A DNA stretch of 64,000 nucleotides from an uncultured Winogradskyella sp. (GCA_963966315.1 CAWZYX010000002.1:36295-100294), one strand, 5' to 3'. Shown: positions 10,380-22,322, numbered from the stretch's first letter. Notes: generated from the letters alone by a model not told the origin. Program-made: numbers and translations.

Positions 10380-11246
10380 TTAATTATTTAGAGCAATATT
10401 ATCGATTAACCTTACATTTCCGGCAAACGCAGCAATAAAAGCCCTGTATGTTCTGTTTTTGTTTATATTCACTATTGGCTTGAGTGTTTCCGCGTCTGCA
10501 ATTGTAAAGTACTCCAAATTTAACAATGGTTCTTCAGCAAACTGAAATTCTACCCACTTCATCACTTCAAGTACATTTTCTGTGCCAAACTTGCTTTTGA
10601 CAGATTGTAACACCTTATAAATCAATGGCGCCGCTCTCCTTTCTGAGGCATTTAAGCGTTCATTTCTGGAGCTCATAGCCAAGCCATCCTCCTCTCTGTA
10701 AATAGGGCAGGGTATGATCTGAGTGGGTATTTCCAGTTGTCTGACCAATTCTTTAATGATTAGCAACTGTTGGTAATCCTTCTCGCCAAAATAAGCTCTG
10801 GCAGGCCTGACAATTTCGAACAGTTTGCCAACAATTGTACCAACACCGTCAAAATGTCCTGGTCTGAACTTTCCCTCCATCTCTAACTCAAGACCACCAA
10901 AGTCGAACTGCCTGGTTTGCAGTCCCTGCTCATATAAATCCTCGTAAGAAGGGGCATAAACAACCAATGATTCTGAATGTATGGCCTGGAGAATTGTGAG
11001 ATCAGCAGAGAGGTTCCTTGGATAATTTGAGAGGTCTTCCTGATTGTTGAATTGTGTTGGATTCACAAATATACTCACCACCACCACGTCATTTTCTGCC
11101 CTGCATCTTTCAACCAGAGAAAGATGGCCCTGATGCAATGCCCCCATAGTCGGTACTAAACCAATCGATTTCCCGTTAGAGACATATGGCACAAGTGCTT
11201 GTTTTAGCTCAGATTTAAAATGAAATAATTCCACTGCTATCCTCAA
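10380..11246 (-). CDS. panC: Pantoate--beta-alanine ligase
   Basis: 288 aa. VPTMGALHQGHLSLVE (HIGH-like nucleotidyltransferase motif of PanC). The ORF as listed begins at a TTG codon, so the true start is uncertain. Confidence 0.9.
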   Translation of the reverse strand: MRIAVELFHFKSELKQALVPYVSNGKSIGLVPTMGALHQGHLSLVERCRAENDVVVVSIFVNPTQFNNQEDLSNYPRNLSADLTILQAIHSESLVVYAPSYEDLYEQGLQTRQFDFGGLELEMEGKFRPGHFDGVGTIVGKLFEIVRPARAYFGEKDYQQLLIIKELVRQLEIPTQIIPCPIYREEDGLAMSSRNERLNASERRAAPLIYKVLQSVKSKFGTENVLEVMKWVEFQFAEEPLLNLEYFTIADAETLKPIVNINKNRTYRAFIAAFAGNVRLIDNIALNN

Positions 11247-11344
11247 AATTTTGAGGGTGCAAACTTAATATAATAAAGGCAATCTGCATAAATTTTTGTA
11301 ATTTTGCATGTTTTTTACATTCAAAAATCTTAAGAATCCAGTTT

Positions 11345-12154
11345 ATGAAGGATAAACGCATTTTATATGTCTCCTCAGAAGTCGTTCCTTATTTGCCCGA
11401 AACCGAAATTTCGTCCATGTCGTTTGAAGCACCTCGTATGGTGAACAAACAAGGTGGACAGATTAGGATTTTCATGCCAAGATTTGGAAATATAAATGAG
11501 CGAAGGCATCAACTTCATGAAGTGATAAGACTCTCAGGAATTAATCTGGTTATAAATGATTTGGACATGCCCTTGATCATTAAAGTAGCCTCCATTCCAA
11601 AAGAGCGTATTCAAGTGTACTTTATAGACAATGAGGAATATTTTAAACGAAAAGCAACCTTAACCGACGAAAACGGACAGTTGTTTTCAGACAACGATGA
11701 GCGGGCCATTTTCTTTGCAAAAGGAGTTATTGAGACTGTTAAAAAGTTGAATTGGGCTCCTGATATCATCCACGTTAATGGCTGGATGGCATCACTGCTC
11801 CCACTCTATCTCAAAGAATACTATAAAACCGAACCTTTGTTTAATGACAGTAAGATTGTGACCTCTGTTTATAATCAGCCGTTCGAGGGTACTTTGGATA
11901 AGAACATGAAAAAAAAGGTGAGCTTTGATGGTCTTGAAGACAAGCACATTGCGCTACTAGACAAGCCAAACTACCTGAACCTCATGAAGATTGCCATCGA
12001 TAATTCCGATGCAATCATTCAAGGATCTGAGTCATTGGATCCTGAGCTCAAGAAGTACTTTGAATCTGCCGACAAACCTAAACTCAGTTACTTTTCCATT
12101 GAAGAATTTGCAGAGCCTTATTCCGAGTTTTATCAGAATGAAGTCCTGGGTTAG
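11345..12154 (+). CDS. Short glycogen/starch-synthase-like protein (GT5 N-terminal domain only)
   Basis: 269 aa. ILYVSSEVVPY, IRIFMPRFG and DIIHVNGWMASLLPLYLK correspond to GlgA N-domain motifs. The protein is too short for a complete GlgA. Confidence 0.6.
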   Translation: MKDKRILYVSSEVVPYLPETEISSMSFEAPRMVNKQGGQIRIFMPRFGNINERRHQLHEVIRLSGINLVINDLDMPLIIKVASIPKERIQVYFIDNEEYFKRKATLTDENGQLFSDNDERAIFFAKGVIETVKKLNWAPDIIHVNGWMASLLPLYLKEYYKTEPLFNDSKIVTSVYNQPFEGTLDKNMKKKVSFDGLEDKHIALLDKPNYLNLMKIAIDNSDAIIQGSESLDPELKKYFESADKPKLSYFSIEEFAEPYSEFYQNEVLG

Positions 12155-12165
12155 TTCTAACAATT

Positions 12166-13797
12166 ATGACAAAGAGAATAAAACACTTACAAACCCTGGT
12201 TTTGCTGGGTGTAATCATTACATTATTTATTGGTTGTAATAACGAATTCATTGAATTGGATTCTGATATCATCAGCAGAGATATTGCGACCAATTTTGAC
12301 ATTGATTCCATAGAATACGAAGTCGTGGCATACAATCTACCACTTGGGCCTGTGCGGACAAATGGGCTTCCCATTAACCATATTGGTTTTTATGAAGATG
12401 CCACCTATGGAAAGTCACAGTACAATTTTGTAACACAACTCAGTCCGTCAAGTTTTGATCCAAATTTTGGAGATAATGTTGAGATCGATTCGGTGATTTT
12501 TTACATGCCTTATTTCAGTACACTTGATGGGACAGATGATCTGGGAAATAATAAATACATTGTAGATTCCATTTTTGGTGATGGCCCAATCGACATCACC
12601 ATTTACGAGAACGACTATTTTCTGAGGGAATTTGATCCGGGAGGGGATTTTGATGAGCGTCAGGTGTATTACAATAACCAGTCTACCTCTGAGACAGATT
12701 TTATCTCAGATGAGCTGCTCGAAGGAACCATTATTCACGATACCACAAATTTTGAGGTATCAAAAGACCCGATTTTTCTAACGGATGCCGAGGGAGATAC
12801 CACCCAAACACTGCAGCCGGGAATACGGTTTAAATTGGATACCTTATTCTGGCATAACAAAATAATCGCCAAACAGGGATCGCCTGAGCTAGCCAATTCC
12901 AATGCCTTTAATAATTATTTTCGTGGTATTTACCTGAAAACAGAGACGGTTGACGATAAAGGCACCCTTATAGGTCTGAATTTGCAAAATACACTGGCTA
13001 ATATTACTATTTATTATACCAGTGATATTTCCGAGGAGAATGAAGACCGTCTTCAATTCACCTATGACATTAATTTTTTTGGAAATCAGGTTAATTTCAT
13101 TAAAAATGAATTTGGCAATATCATTCCTGTGGGCGACAAAGAAACCGGGGACGAACGACTCTATTTAAAAGGTGGAGAAGGGAATATTGCCGGTATACGC
13201 CTGTTCCCGGGGGAAACGGAGGATGACAACAGTATTCTTGAGGCCTTTAAAAATAATTTTGCAGAGTATGAAAACGGTGAGTTTCAAACCTCTAAGAAAC
13301 TCATTAATGAAGCACGTCTGGTGCTTTACGTCGATCAGCAGCTCGTTTCAGGCAATGAACCCGACAGGATCTATTTATACGATCTGGATAATCATCAACC
13401 AATTGCCGATTATGCAACTGATGTACTCGTGAATGCCATTCCAAGGTTGTCTCTTTCTTCTCACTTAGGGGTTTTAGAAAGAGAAGGCGATACGCCAGAT
13501 GGAGATGGGATCAGGTATATCCTAAGGGTTACCCGTCATTTGAGCAATCTGATTGAAAGGGACTCCACGAATGTTAAACTTGGGCTGGCTGTATCTGCAA
13601 ATGTAAATATAGAGAACGGGGCAGATCAGGGAGAAGTGCAAGCGATAGATGATTCGGAAAATCTAGTACCTTTAAGCTCCATTGTTTCACCCCGCGGAAC
13701 GGTTCTTTTTGGTAATGCAAGTAGTGATCCCGAAACCAGGCTCAAACTCCAGGTTTTTTACACCTGCATCCGAGATAACGGAGATTGTGACAACTAA
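12166..13797 (+). CDS. DUF4270-family lipoprotein
   Basis: 543 aa. Lipoprotein signal (LLGVIITLFIGC). Conserved position between the short glgA-like gene and glmS, as seen in Flavobacteriia. Confidence 0.5.
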   Translation: MTKRIKHLQTLVLLGVIITLFIGCNNEFIELDSDIISRDIATNFDIDSIEYEVVAYNLPLGPVRTNGLPINHIGFYEDATYGKSQYNFVTQLSPSSFDPNFGDNVEIDSVIFYMPYFSTLDGTDDLGNNKYIVDSIFGDGPIDITIYENDYFLREFDPGGDFDERQVYYNNQSTSETDFISDELLEGTIIHDTTNFEVSKDPIFLTDAEGDTTQTLQPGIRFKLDTLFWHNKIIAKQGSPELANSNAFNNYFRGIYLKTETVDDKGTLIGLNLQNTLANITIYYTSDISEENEDRLQFTYDINFFGNQVNFIKNEFGNIIPVGDKETGDERLYLKGGEGNIAGIRLFPGETEDDNSILEAFKNNFAEYENGEFQTSKKLINEARLVLYVDQQLVSGNEPDRIYLYDLDNHQPIADYATDVLVNAIPRLSLSSHLGVLEREGDTPDGDGIRYILRVTRHLSNLIERDSTNVKLGLAVSANVNIENGADQGEVQAIDDSENLVPLSSIVSPRGTVLFGNASSDPETRLKLQVFYTCIRDNGDCDN

Positions 13798-13812
13798 AAA
13801 ATTAAAATTCTA

Positions 13813-15660
13813 ATGTGCGGAATTGTTGGTTATATAGGACATAGAGAGGCTTATCCTGTTATATTAAAAGGCTTGCAGAGGCTGGAGTACCGCGGTTATG
13901 ATAGTGCCGGTATTGCATTGTACGACGGAACAAGCATCAAGCTATCAAAGACAAAAGGAAAAGTCGCAGATCTTGAAAATAAAATCAAAAATTCCATCTC
14001 TACAAAAGGCACCCTGGGTATAGGACACACCAGATGGGCTACTCATGGTGAGCCGAATGATATTAACAGTCATCCACACTATTCGAATTCGGGTAATTTA
14101 GTGATCATTCACAACGGGATCATAGAAAACTACGAATCACTTAAGAAAGAGTTACTTAAAAGAGGATACCGTTTTAGCTCCGATACTGACACCGAGGTAC
14201 TCATCAATCTGATTGAGGACGTTAAGAAAAATGAAAAAGTAAAACTTGGCAAGGCGGTACAAATAGCCTTAAACCAGGTGGTGGGTGCTTATGCCATTGC
14301 AGTATTTGATAAAAACAAGCCTAATGAAATAGTGGTAGCTCGACTGGGGAGCCCACTTGCCATTGGTATTGGAGAGGGAGAGTTCTTTATTGCCAGTGAT
14401 GCATCCCCTTTTATCGAATATACAAAGAATGCCATCTACCTTGAAGATGAGGAAATGGCGATCATTCGCAGAGATAAAGAAGTAAAAATCAGGAAAATCA
14501 CGGACGATGCTTTGGTCGATCCGTATGTGCAGGAACTACAGATCAACCTCGAGCAAATTGAAAAAGAAGGATACGATCACTTTATGCTCAAAGAGATCTA
14601 CGAACAACCAAGGGCCATATTAGACACCTTCAGAGGTAGGTTACTGAGTCGGGAAGCCATCATAAAAATGTCTGGTGTTGAAGACAACATGAAGAAATTC
14701 CTAAATGCCGATCGCATAATTGTTGTGGCATGTGGTACTTCCTGGCACGCAGGTTTAGTCTCAGAATACATTTTTGAGGATCTTGCCAGAATTCCTGTGG
14801 AAGTGGAGTACGCCTCTGAGTTTCGCTATAGAAACCCTATCATCACGGAAAAAGACATTGTTATCGCTATCAGTCAGTCTGGAGAGACAGCCGATACCCT
14901 TGCAGCCATTAAACTAGCCAAGTCCAAGGGAGCCTTTGTTTTCGGGGTCTGTAATGTTGTGGGCTCCTCAATTGCTCGCGAATCCAATGCCGGTGCTTAT
15001 ACACATGCGGGACCAGAAATTGGTGTGGCTTCTACCAAGGCCTTCACCACGCAAATCACCGTTTTAACCCTTATGGCATTAAGGCTTGCCAGAGCCAAAG
15101 GCACCATCTCCAGTTCAGATTACCGACATCATTTAATTGAGTTGGAAGCAATTCCATCCAAGGTGGAGGAAGCCCTTACCTCAGATGCCTATGTAGAAAC
15201 CATAGCCGATATCTACAAGGAAGCCAGAAACTTCCTTTACCTGGGAAGAGGTTATAATTTTCCTGTGGCATTGGAAGGAGCTTTAAAACTTAAAGAAATC
15301 TCATATATCCATGCTGAAGGCTACCCCGCTGCAGAAATGAAACATGGCCCCATTGCCCTAATCGATGAGCACATGCCCGTAGTGGTTATCGCTACCAAGA
15401 AAGGTCATTATGAAAAAGTGGTGAGTAATATTCAGGAGATCAAATCCAGAAAAGGGAAAATAATTGGAATTGTCACCAAAGGGGACAAAAGTGTAAAAGA
15501 GCTGGCCGATCACGTTATTGAAGTCCCTGAAACTTTGGAGTGTCTCAGTCCATTGCTCACTACCATTCCACTGCAGCTACTGTCTTATCACATCGCCGTC
15601 ATGCTTGGGAAAAATGTAGATCAACCGAGAAACCTGGCTAAATCAGTTACTGTCGAGTAA
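13813..15660 (+). CDS. glmS: Glutamine--fructose-6-phosphate aminotransferase (isomerising)
   Basis: 615 aa. N-terminal MCGIVGYIG Ntn-glutaminase start followed by two SIS domains. Ends ...TVE. Confidence 0.97.
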   Translation: MCGIVGYIGHREAYPVILKGLQRLEYRGYDSAGIALYDGTSIKLSKTKGKVADLENKIKNSISTKGTLGIGHTRWATHGEPNDINSHPHYSNSGNLVIIHNGIIENYESLKKELLKRGYRFSSDTDTEVLINLIEDVKKNEKVKLGKAVQIALNQVVGAYAIAVFDKNKPNEIVVARLGSPLAIGIGEGEFFIASDASPFIEYTKNAIYLEDEEMAIIRRDKEVKIRKITDDALVDPYVQELQINLEQIEKEGYDHFMLKEIYEQPRAILDTFRGRLLSREAIIKMSGVEDNMKKFLNADRIIVVACGTSWHAGLVSEYIFEDLARIPVEVEYASEFRYRNPIITEKDIVIAISQSGETADTLAAIKLAKSKGAFVFGVCNVVGSSIARESNAGAYTHAGPEIGVASTKAFTTQITVLTLMALRLARAKGTISSSDYRHHLIELEAIPSKVEEALTSDAYVETIADIYKEARNFLYLGRGYNFPVALEGALKLKEISYIHAEGYPAAEMKHGPIALIDEHMPVVVIATKKGHYEKVVSNIQEIKSRKGKIIGIVTKGDKSVKELADHVIEVPETLECLSPLLTTIPLQLLSYHIAVMLGKNVDQPRNLAKSVTVE

Positions 15661-15694
15661 GCAAAACCCCAGTTATTTTGATTTATATGAATAT

Positions 15695-15715
15695 GTTGTT
15701 TTGTTAAAAACAACT
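15695..15715 (+). terminator. Candidate hairpin downstream of glmS (GTTGTTTTG-TT-AAAAACAAC)
   Basis: Inverted repeat seen in sequence. There is no clean T-tract immediately after it, so this is a weak call. Confidence 0.3.
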
Positions 15716-15831
15716 TAAAGTTTTTATTGTATTCTTTTTTTGGGGGCATCTTTTTAACAAATTCTTATTGTTTTCATACATATTTATTTAAATTGGCAGC
15801 CATATCCATTTAAATTAACTAATTCTCTAAA

Positions 15832-18633
15832 ATGAAAACAAAATTGACGCTTGTTGTAATGCTTTGCTTTGCGTTTGCATTCTCGCAGACCACTGTTAAA
15901 GGAAAGGTTACGGACGACACCGGGCAACCCCTTCCTGGTGCCAATATCATCATTGTGGGGACAACCATTGGAACCAGTTCCGATTTTAATGGCGAATACA
16001 CCCTTACAACGGATCAATCACCACCGTTCAGTATTCAGGTTTCCTACACAGGCTTCGAACCTCAAACAGCTGAAGTTACAGCCAACAACCAATCCTTTGA
16101 TTTTGCAATGAAGGAAGGGAACACTTTGGACGAAGTAGTCATCTCAGCCTCCAGAACGCCCGAACGTATTTTTGAATCACCTGTTACAGTTGAACGCTTT
16201 GGTTTAAAGGAGATAAAGAATACCGCTTCAGTTGACTTCTACGACGGACTTGAAAATCTAAAAGGTGTTGATATCAACGTAAACAGTTTAACATTCAAAT
16301 CGATAAACACACGTGGTTTCGCCACCTTTGCCAATACACGATTTATGCAGCTGGTTGATGGAATGGACAATTCCGCTCCCGCGCTGAACTTCCCCTTAGG
16401 AAACTTATTGGGTATGACTGAAACGGATGTTAACAGTGTGGAGATACTGCCTGGTGCTGCTTCGGCCCTTTATGGTGCCAATGCTTTTAACGGAATACTG
16501 TTTATGAGAAGTAAAAGTCCGTTTGACAATCAGGGGATAAGTGGCTATATCAAAAGAGGGATCACCTCACAGGAAGCAGCTGGGGATAATGATTATACAG
16601 ATGTTGGTTTAAGAATGGCCTATAAGTTCAGTGAAAAATTCGCTGCCAAAGTCAATTTTGGCTACGTAAAGGGTACGGATTGGTTTGCCACCAATGAAGA
16701 AGATAAACTATTTAGAGGTTTGACCAGGGATGATCCCGACTATGACGGGGTTAATATTTATGGTGATGAGGTAGCAACTGACATAAATAACGTTGCAGAA
16801 ACACTAGAAGACTTAGGAGTTATTCCTGATGGCTCATCTGCTCTTATTCCTTCTCAGCAAGTAAGCAGAACGGGTTACAACGAACGAGATCTCACCAATT
16901 ACAACGCTGAAAGTATCAAAGCAGACTGGGGACTTTATTACAGACCCTGGGGTAACGACTTTGAGATCCAGTATGTGGGTAAAATAGGTTCTGGTAATAC
17001 CATTTACCAGGGTGCCAACCGTTATAACATTAAAAACTTCTTTTTACAACAGCACAAGGTCGAAGTAAGAAATAATAATTTCTTTGTGCGTGGTTATGTA
17101 ACTGAGGACAAAGCTGGTGACTCGTACGATATGGTATTTACTGGGATCAACATCAACCGAGCATGGAAAGATGACAACACCTGGTTTGGTGAATACGTTG
17201 GAGGTTTCTTAGGAGCAATCCTCGGTGGAGCTACAGAAGAAGAAGCACATCGTATTGCAAGACAAGGCGCCGATACCGGCCGATTGTTACCTGGAACTTC
17301 GGAATTCCAAACTGTATTTGATCGTGTCACTAACGATCCGGACCTGGCTACAGGATCTCGTTTTCAGGATAATTCAAAGATCTACCACAGCGATGTGAAC
17401 TATAACTTCAGTCATCTTTGGGATTGGGCCGAAGTACAATTAGGTGGCTCTTACAGGCAGTACGAACTTAATTCATTTGGAACCATTTATACGGACAATG
17501 ATGGTCCAATCAATTATTCTGAGGTTGGTATTTACACACAGATCCAAAAATCACTGGAACTATCGGATGCTGTTAAATTAAAACTTACCGGTTCGCTTAG
17601 ATACGATAAGAATGAATTGTTTGACGCCTTCTTTTCGCCAAGATTTTCTGCTGGATTCACAATTAATGACAATCATAACATCAGAGGATCCTTTCAGACA
17701 GGTTTCCGTAACCCTACAACTCAGGACCTTTACATTGGACTGGACGTAGGGCGGGCTATTCTTATTGGTGGTGCTCCGGATAACCCGGCCAGAGATGTCA
17801 GAACCTATGGTCTAAGTCCTCTTGGGCAAACGATTGTTGGTACTCCAACGCTAGACGTTACGGGTGAAGGAGCATACAACAACTCATACTTTGCAAGTTC
17901 GGTTCAACGATTTGCAGAAACAGGTAACCCGGCAGATCTGGAGATTGCTAATTCCAATCTGGTACAACCAGAGCAGGTCTCTTCTTTTGAAGTAGGTTAC
18001 CGTGGTAAACTGGGAGACATCATTATCGATGGATCTGTCTACTACAACCAGTACCAGGACTTTATTGCGAATGAAACGGTGTTATCTCCTTTTTATGGTG
18101 ACGTAGGGCTAACCCAAACCTTACCGGATGGAACGCCTCTTGCCATAGCGGCAATTGCCAATGGTGACAGTCAGGCTTATCAAACCTATACCAATGCCGA
18201 TGAGAACGTCTCATCTTATGGTGCAGCCATAGGGGTCTCTGCCAAGGTCTTTAATGGCTTTGACCTGGGGTTGAATTACACCTATGCTAAACTCGATTTT
18301 GATCGTGAAAACAATCCCGATTTCAGAACGAGCTTCAACACGCCTGAGCACAAGGTTAAAGCTTCCTTTGGTAAGACGGAGTTATTTAAAAACTTTGGAT
18401 TCAATGTTTCCTGGAGATGGAGTGATACTTTCTTCTGGGAAGCTTCTTTTGGAGACGGTGTGGTGCCATCCTTTAATGTGGTTGATGCACAGATCAACTA
18501 CAGAGTACCCGGCATTAAATCCACATTTAAACTCGGTGCAGCCAACCTGCTTAACGATGAGTATTTTACGGCCTTTGGAACAGGTTTCATAGGGGCTCAG
18601 TATTACGTTTCATGGACAATTAATAATCTGTAA
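15832..18633 (+). CDS. TonB-dependent outer-membrane receptor with N-terminal carboxypeptidase-regulatory-like domain
   Basis: 933 aa. Signal peptide, CarbopepD_reg-like start (TTVKGKVTDDTGQPLPGANIIIVGT..GTSSDFNGEY), a plug domain, and a long beta-barrel ending in an aromatic residue. Confidence 0.85.
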   Translation: MKTKLTLVVMLCFAFAFSQTTVKGKVTDDTGQPLPGANIIIVGTTIGTSSDFNGEYTLTTDQSPPFSIQVSYTGFEPQTAEVTANNQSFDFAMKEGNTLDEVVISASRTPERIFESPVTVERFGLKEIKNTASVDFYDGLENLKGVDINVNSLTFKSINTRGFATFANTRFMQLVDGMDNSAPALNFPLGNLLGMTETDVNSVEILPGAASALYGANAFNGILFMRSKSPFDNQGISGYIKRGITSQEAAGDNDYTDVGLRMAYKFSEKFAAKVNFGYVKGTDWFATNEEDKLFRGLTRDDPDYDGVNIYGDEVATDINNVAETLEDLGVIPDGSSALIPSQQVSRTGYNERDLTNYNAESIKADWGLYYRPWGNDFEIQYVGKIGSGNTIYQGANRYNIKNFFLQQHKVEVRNNNFFVRGYVTEDKAGDSYDMVFTGININRAWKDDNTWFGEYVGGFLGAILGGATEEEAHRIARQGADTGRLLPGTSEFQTVFDRVTNDPDLATGSRFQDNSKIYHSDVNYNFSHLWDWAEVQLGGSYRQYELNSFGTIYTDNDGPINYSEVGIYTQIQKSLELSDAVKLKLTGSLRYDKNELFDAFFSPRFSAGFTINDNHNIRGSFQTGFRNPTTQDLYIGLDVGRAILIGGAPDNPARDVRTYGLSPLGQTIVGTPTLDVTGEGAYNNSYFASSVQRFAETGNPADLEIANSNLVQPEQVSSFEVGYRGKLGDIIIDGSVYYNQYQDFIANETVLSPFYGDVGLTQTLPDGTPLAIAAIANGDSQAYQTYTNADENVSSYGAAIGVSAKVFNGFDLGLNYTYAKLDFDRENNPDFRTSFNTPEHKVKASFGKTELFKNFGFNVSWRWSDTFFWEASFGDGVVPSFNVVDAQINYRVPGIKSTFKLGAANLLNDEYFTAFGTGFIGAQYYVSWTINNL

Positions 18634-18635
18634 CA

Positions 18636-20207
18636 ATGAATTTAAAATCAATAAAATATTTAGGGTTTTTTCTCTTTTCAGCAGCCCTGACATCCTGTGA
18701 TAGCGATGTTGAAAACTTTAGATTAAATCAACCTGAACCACTACCCCCCTTAGAAGCTGGCACGGCTGACTTTTCAACCTATGTTGCCTTAGGAAATTCG
18801 CTAACTGCAGGATTTACAGACAATGCCCTGTTTAGAGCAGGACAGGAAAATTCCTTTCCAAATATCGCAGCTGAAAAAATGGCTTTGATTGGAGGCGGGG
18901 TCTTTACCCAACCTTTAACCAATGATAATTTTGGTGGTTTAGCCTTGAATGGCACACGCATTGCAGATCCTCGACTGGTTTTTGGAGGCGCCGGACCAGT
19001 TCCTCTGGAGTCAGTGATTGGCCCTGTTACTGTGACAACCGACATCGTACTCAACAATCCTATTGGTCCGTTTAACAACCTCGGAATTCCTGGTGCAGCC
19101 AGTTTTCATCTTTTAGCACCGGGATACGGAAACGTTGCCAATTTAGAAAATGGAACCGCTAATCCTTACGCGGTCAGGGTTACGGGTAATGCACCTAATG
19201 CCACTATTTTAGAATTGGCTTTGGCCCAAAATCCAACCTTTTTCAGCCTTTGGATAGGAAACAATGATGTTCTGGGATTTGCCACCAGTGGCGGTGTTGC
19301 TCCCATTACCGATCAGGCTACTTTTGACGCTTCCTTGGGAGCTGTTGTGGCTGCTTTGAGCAATACAGCCTCGGGTGGTGTTATTGCCAACATCCCCGAT
19401 GTAACCACCATACCGTTTTTATCAACGGTGCCATTTGACCCTTTAGACCCTTCCAATCCCGCATTTGGCCCGCAAATTCCTACACTCAATGCACAGTTTG
19501 CAGCTTTAAACGCGGCCTATGCATTTTTGGGAGTTCCTGAACGATCCGTTGTTTTTTCTGAGACGACAAATAGTCCGGTAGTCATTCACGATGAAGATCT
19601 TGAAGACATCTCGGCTCAACTAGCCCCGGTATTAGTGGGAGGCGGACTCGATCCTTTAACAGCCGGGCTTCTGGCCAGCCAGTACGGTCAATCAAGACAA
19701 GCAACAGCAGAAGACGACCTCACACTGACCAGTTCCTCAGTAATCGCAACCCTCAATGAAAACCGCTTTAACGAATTGCTGGGTCTGGGTGTCGATCCGG
19801 AAACAGCCGGACAATTATCGATTAACGGGGTAACTTTTCCTTTGGAAAATCAATGGGTGCTGACAGCTAATGAAATCGCCGAGGCAAATGTGGCCATCAG
19901 TAATTTTAACGCTACCATTGCCGGATTGGCTTCTCAGTTTGGAATAGCTCTTGTTGATGCTAATGCACTTTTAACAGAGCTCAATACCACAGGGATTAAG
20001 TTTGACGATTATAACTTAACTTCTGATTTAGTATTTGGGGGTGTGTTTTCACTTGATGGGGTTCACTTGACCGCAAGAGGAAATGCTCTGGCTGCAAATG
20101 AATTTTTAAAGGCTATTGATGACACCTACGGCACTAATTTTGAAGCTTCCGGTAACCTTGCCAAAGCGGGGGATTACCCAACTAATTTCTCACCAACGCT
20201 TCAGTAA
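18636..20207 (+). CDS. SGNH/GDSL-hydrolase-like surface lipoprotein
   Basis: 523 aa. Lipobox (AALTSC). GDSL-type block ALGNSLTAG near the N-terminus. Follows the TonB receptor with only a 2-bp gap. Confidence 0.55.
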   Translation: MNLKSIKYLGFFLFSAALTSCDSDVENFRLNQPEPLPPLEAGTADFSTYVALGNSLTAGFTDNALFRAGQENSFPNIAAEKMALIGGGVFTQPLTNDNFGGLALNGTRIADPRLVFGGAGPVPLESVIGPVTVTTDIVLNNPIGPFNNLGIPGAASFHLLAPGYGNVANLENGTANPYAVRVTGNAPNATILELALAQNPTFFSLWIGNNDVLGFATSGGVAPITDQATFDASLGAVVAALSNTASGGVIANIPDVTTIPFLSTVPFDPLDPSNPAFGPQIPTLNAQFAALNAAYAFLGVPERSVVFSETTNSPVVIHDEDLEDISAQLAPVLVGGGLDPLTAGLLASQYGQSRQATAEDDLTLTSSSVIATLNENRFNELLGLGVDPETAGQLSINGVTFPLENQWVLTANEIAEANVAISNFNATIAGLASQFGIALVDANALLTELNTTGIKFDDYNLTSDLVFGGVFSLDGVHLTARGNALAANEFLKAIDDTYGTNFEASGNLAKAGDYPTNFSPTLQ

Positions 20208-20225
20208 ATAAAATATTTTTGATTG

Positions 20226-20256
20226 AAAATCCCGGGGTCACCTCCGGGATTTTTTA
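20226..20256 (+). terminator. Rho-independent terminator after the SGNH lipoprotein gene
   Basis: AAAATCCCGGGG-tcacct-CCGGGATTTTTT: GC-rich stem followed by a T-run. Confidence 0.7.
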
Positions 20257-20349
20257 TTTAATAACTCCTGGATTCAAGTGGTGTTAGGCAATAACTGTCG
20301 GGGTCTTTTTTTTGCTTCAAATATTGTATTTATAATTAAGATAAAAATG

Positions 20350-20357
20350 TATCTTTG
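20350..20357 (+). promoter_or_regulatory. Bacteroidetes-type -7 promoter box (TATCTTTG) upstream of atpD
   Basis: Matches the TAnnTTTG consensus for the Bacteroidetes sigma-A -7 element. About 63 bp upstream of the atpD ATG. A TTG -33-like element lies about 24 bp upstream. Confidence 0.5.
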
Positions 20358-20416
20358 CAGCGCGAAAACCAGAAGGTTTTTTCCCTTTTAAAATATTGAA
20401 AAATAAAAATATATAA

Positions 20417-21928
<1,512 letters not shown>

Positions 21929-21970
21929 AATAGCTTCAAGACTTAAGTTTAAATCCTAAAGCATACGATT

Positions 21971-22264
21971 ATGTATTTAGAAATAGTATCACCAGAAGCA
22001 ATTTTATTCAGTTCAGAAGTTGACTCTGTGGTGGTCCCCGGTGTTAAAGGTGAGTTTGAAATGTTAAACAACCACGCTCCTGTTGTATCAATACTGAAAG
22101 CTGGGACTGTAAGAATTAAGGTTCATACACAAGACCATCTTGTCTATGACCAATTGCACGGAGATGTGGAACCTCACTTTGAAGACCACAAGGTATTAAC
22201 TCTGCAGATCAAATCCGGTACGGTGGAGTCTAAAGACAACCGTGTGATCATTTTAGCCGATTAG
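21971..22264 (+). CDS. atpC: F0F1 ATP synthase subunit epsilon (short bacteroidete form)
   Basis: 97 aa. N-terminal beta-sandwich motif LEIVSPEAILFSSEVDSVVVPGVKGEFEMLNNHAPVVSILKAGTVRI. Immediately downstream of atpD. Confidence 0.85.
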   Translation: MYLEIVSPEAILFSSEVDSVVVPGVKGEFEMLNNHAPVVSILKAGTVRIKVHTQDHLVYDQLHGDVEPHFEDHKVLTLQIKSGTVESKDNRVIILAD

Positions 22265-22286
22265 TGAAGAAGGACTAAAGAATATA

Positions 22287-22322
22287 AAAAAAGCGCGGTG
22301 GATTATCACTGCGCTTTTTTTA
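22287..22322. terminator. Bidirectional rho-independent terminator after atpC
   Basis: AAAAAAAGCGCGGTG-gattat-CACTGCGCTTTTTTT: stem flanked by an A-run and a T-run. Confidence 0.75.

Noticed and set aside
15784-16017. Minus-strand ORFs overlapping the TonB receptor 5' end
   Set aside because: Antisense to a receptor with a clear signal peptide and CarbopepD_reg domain.
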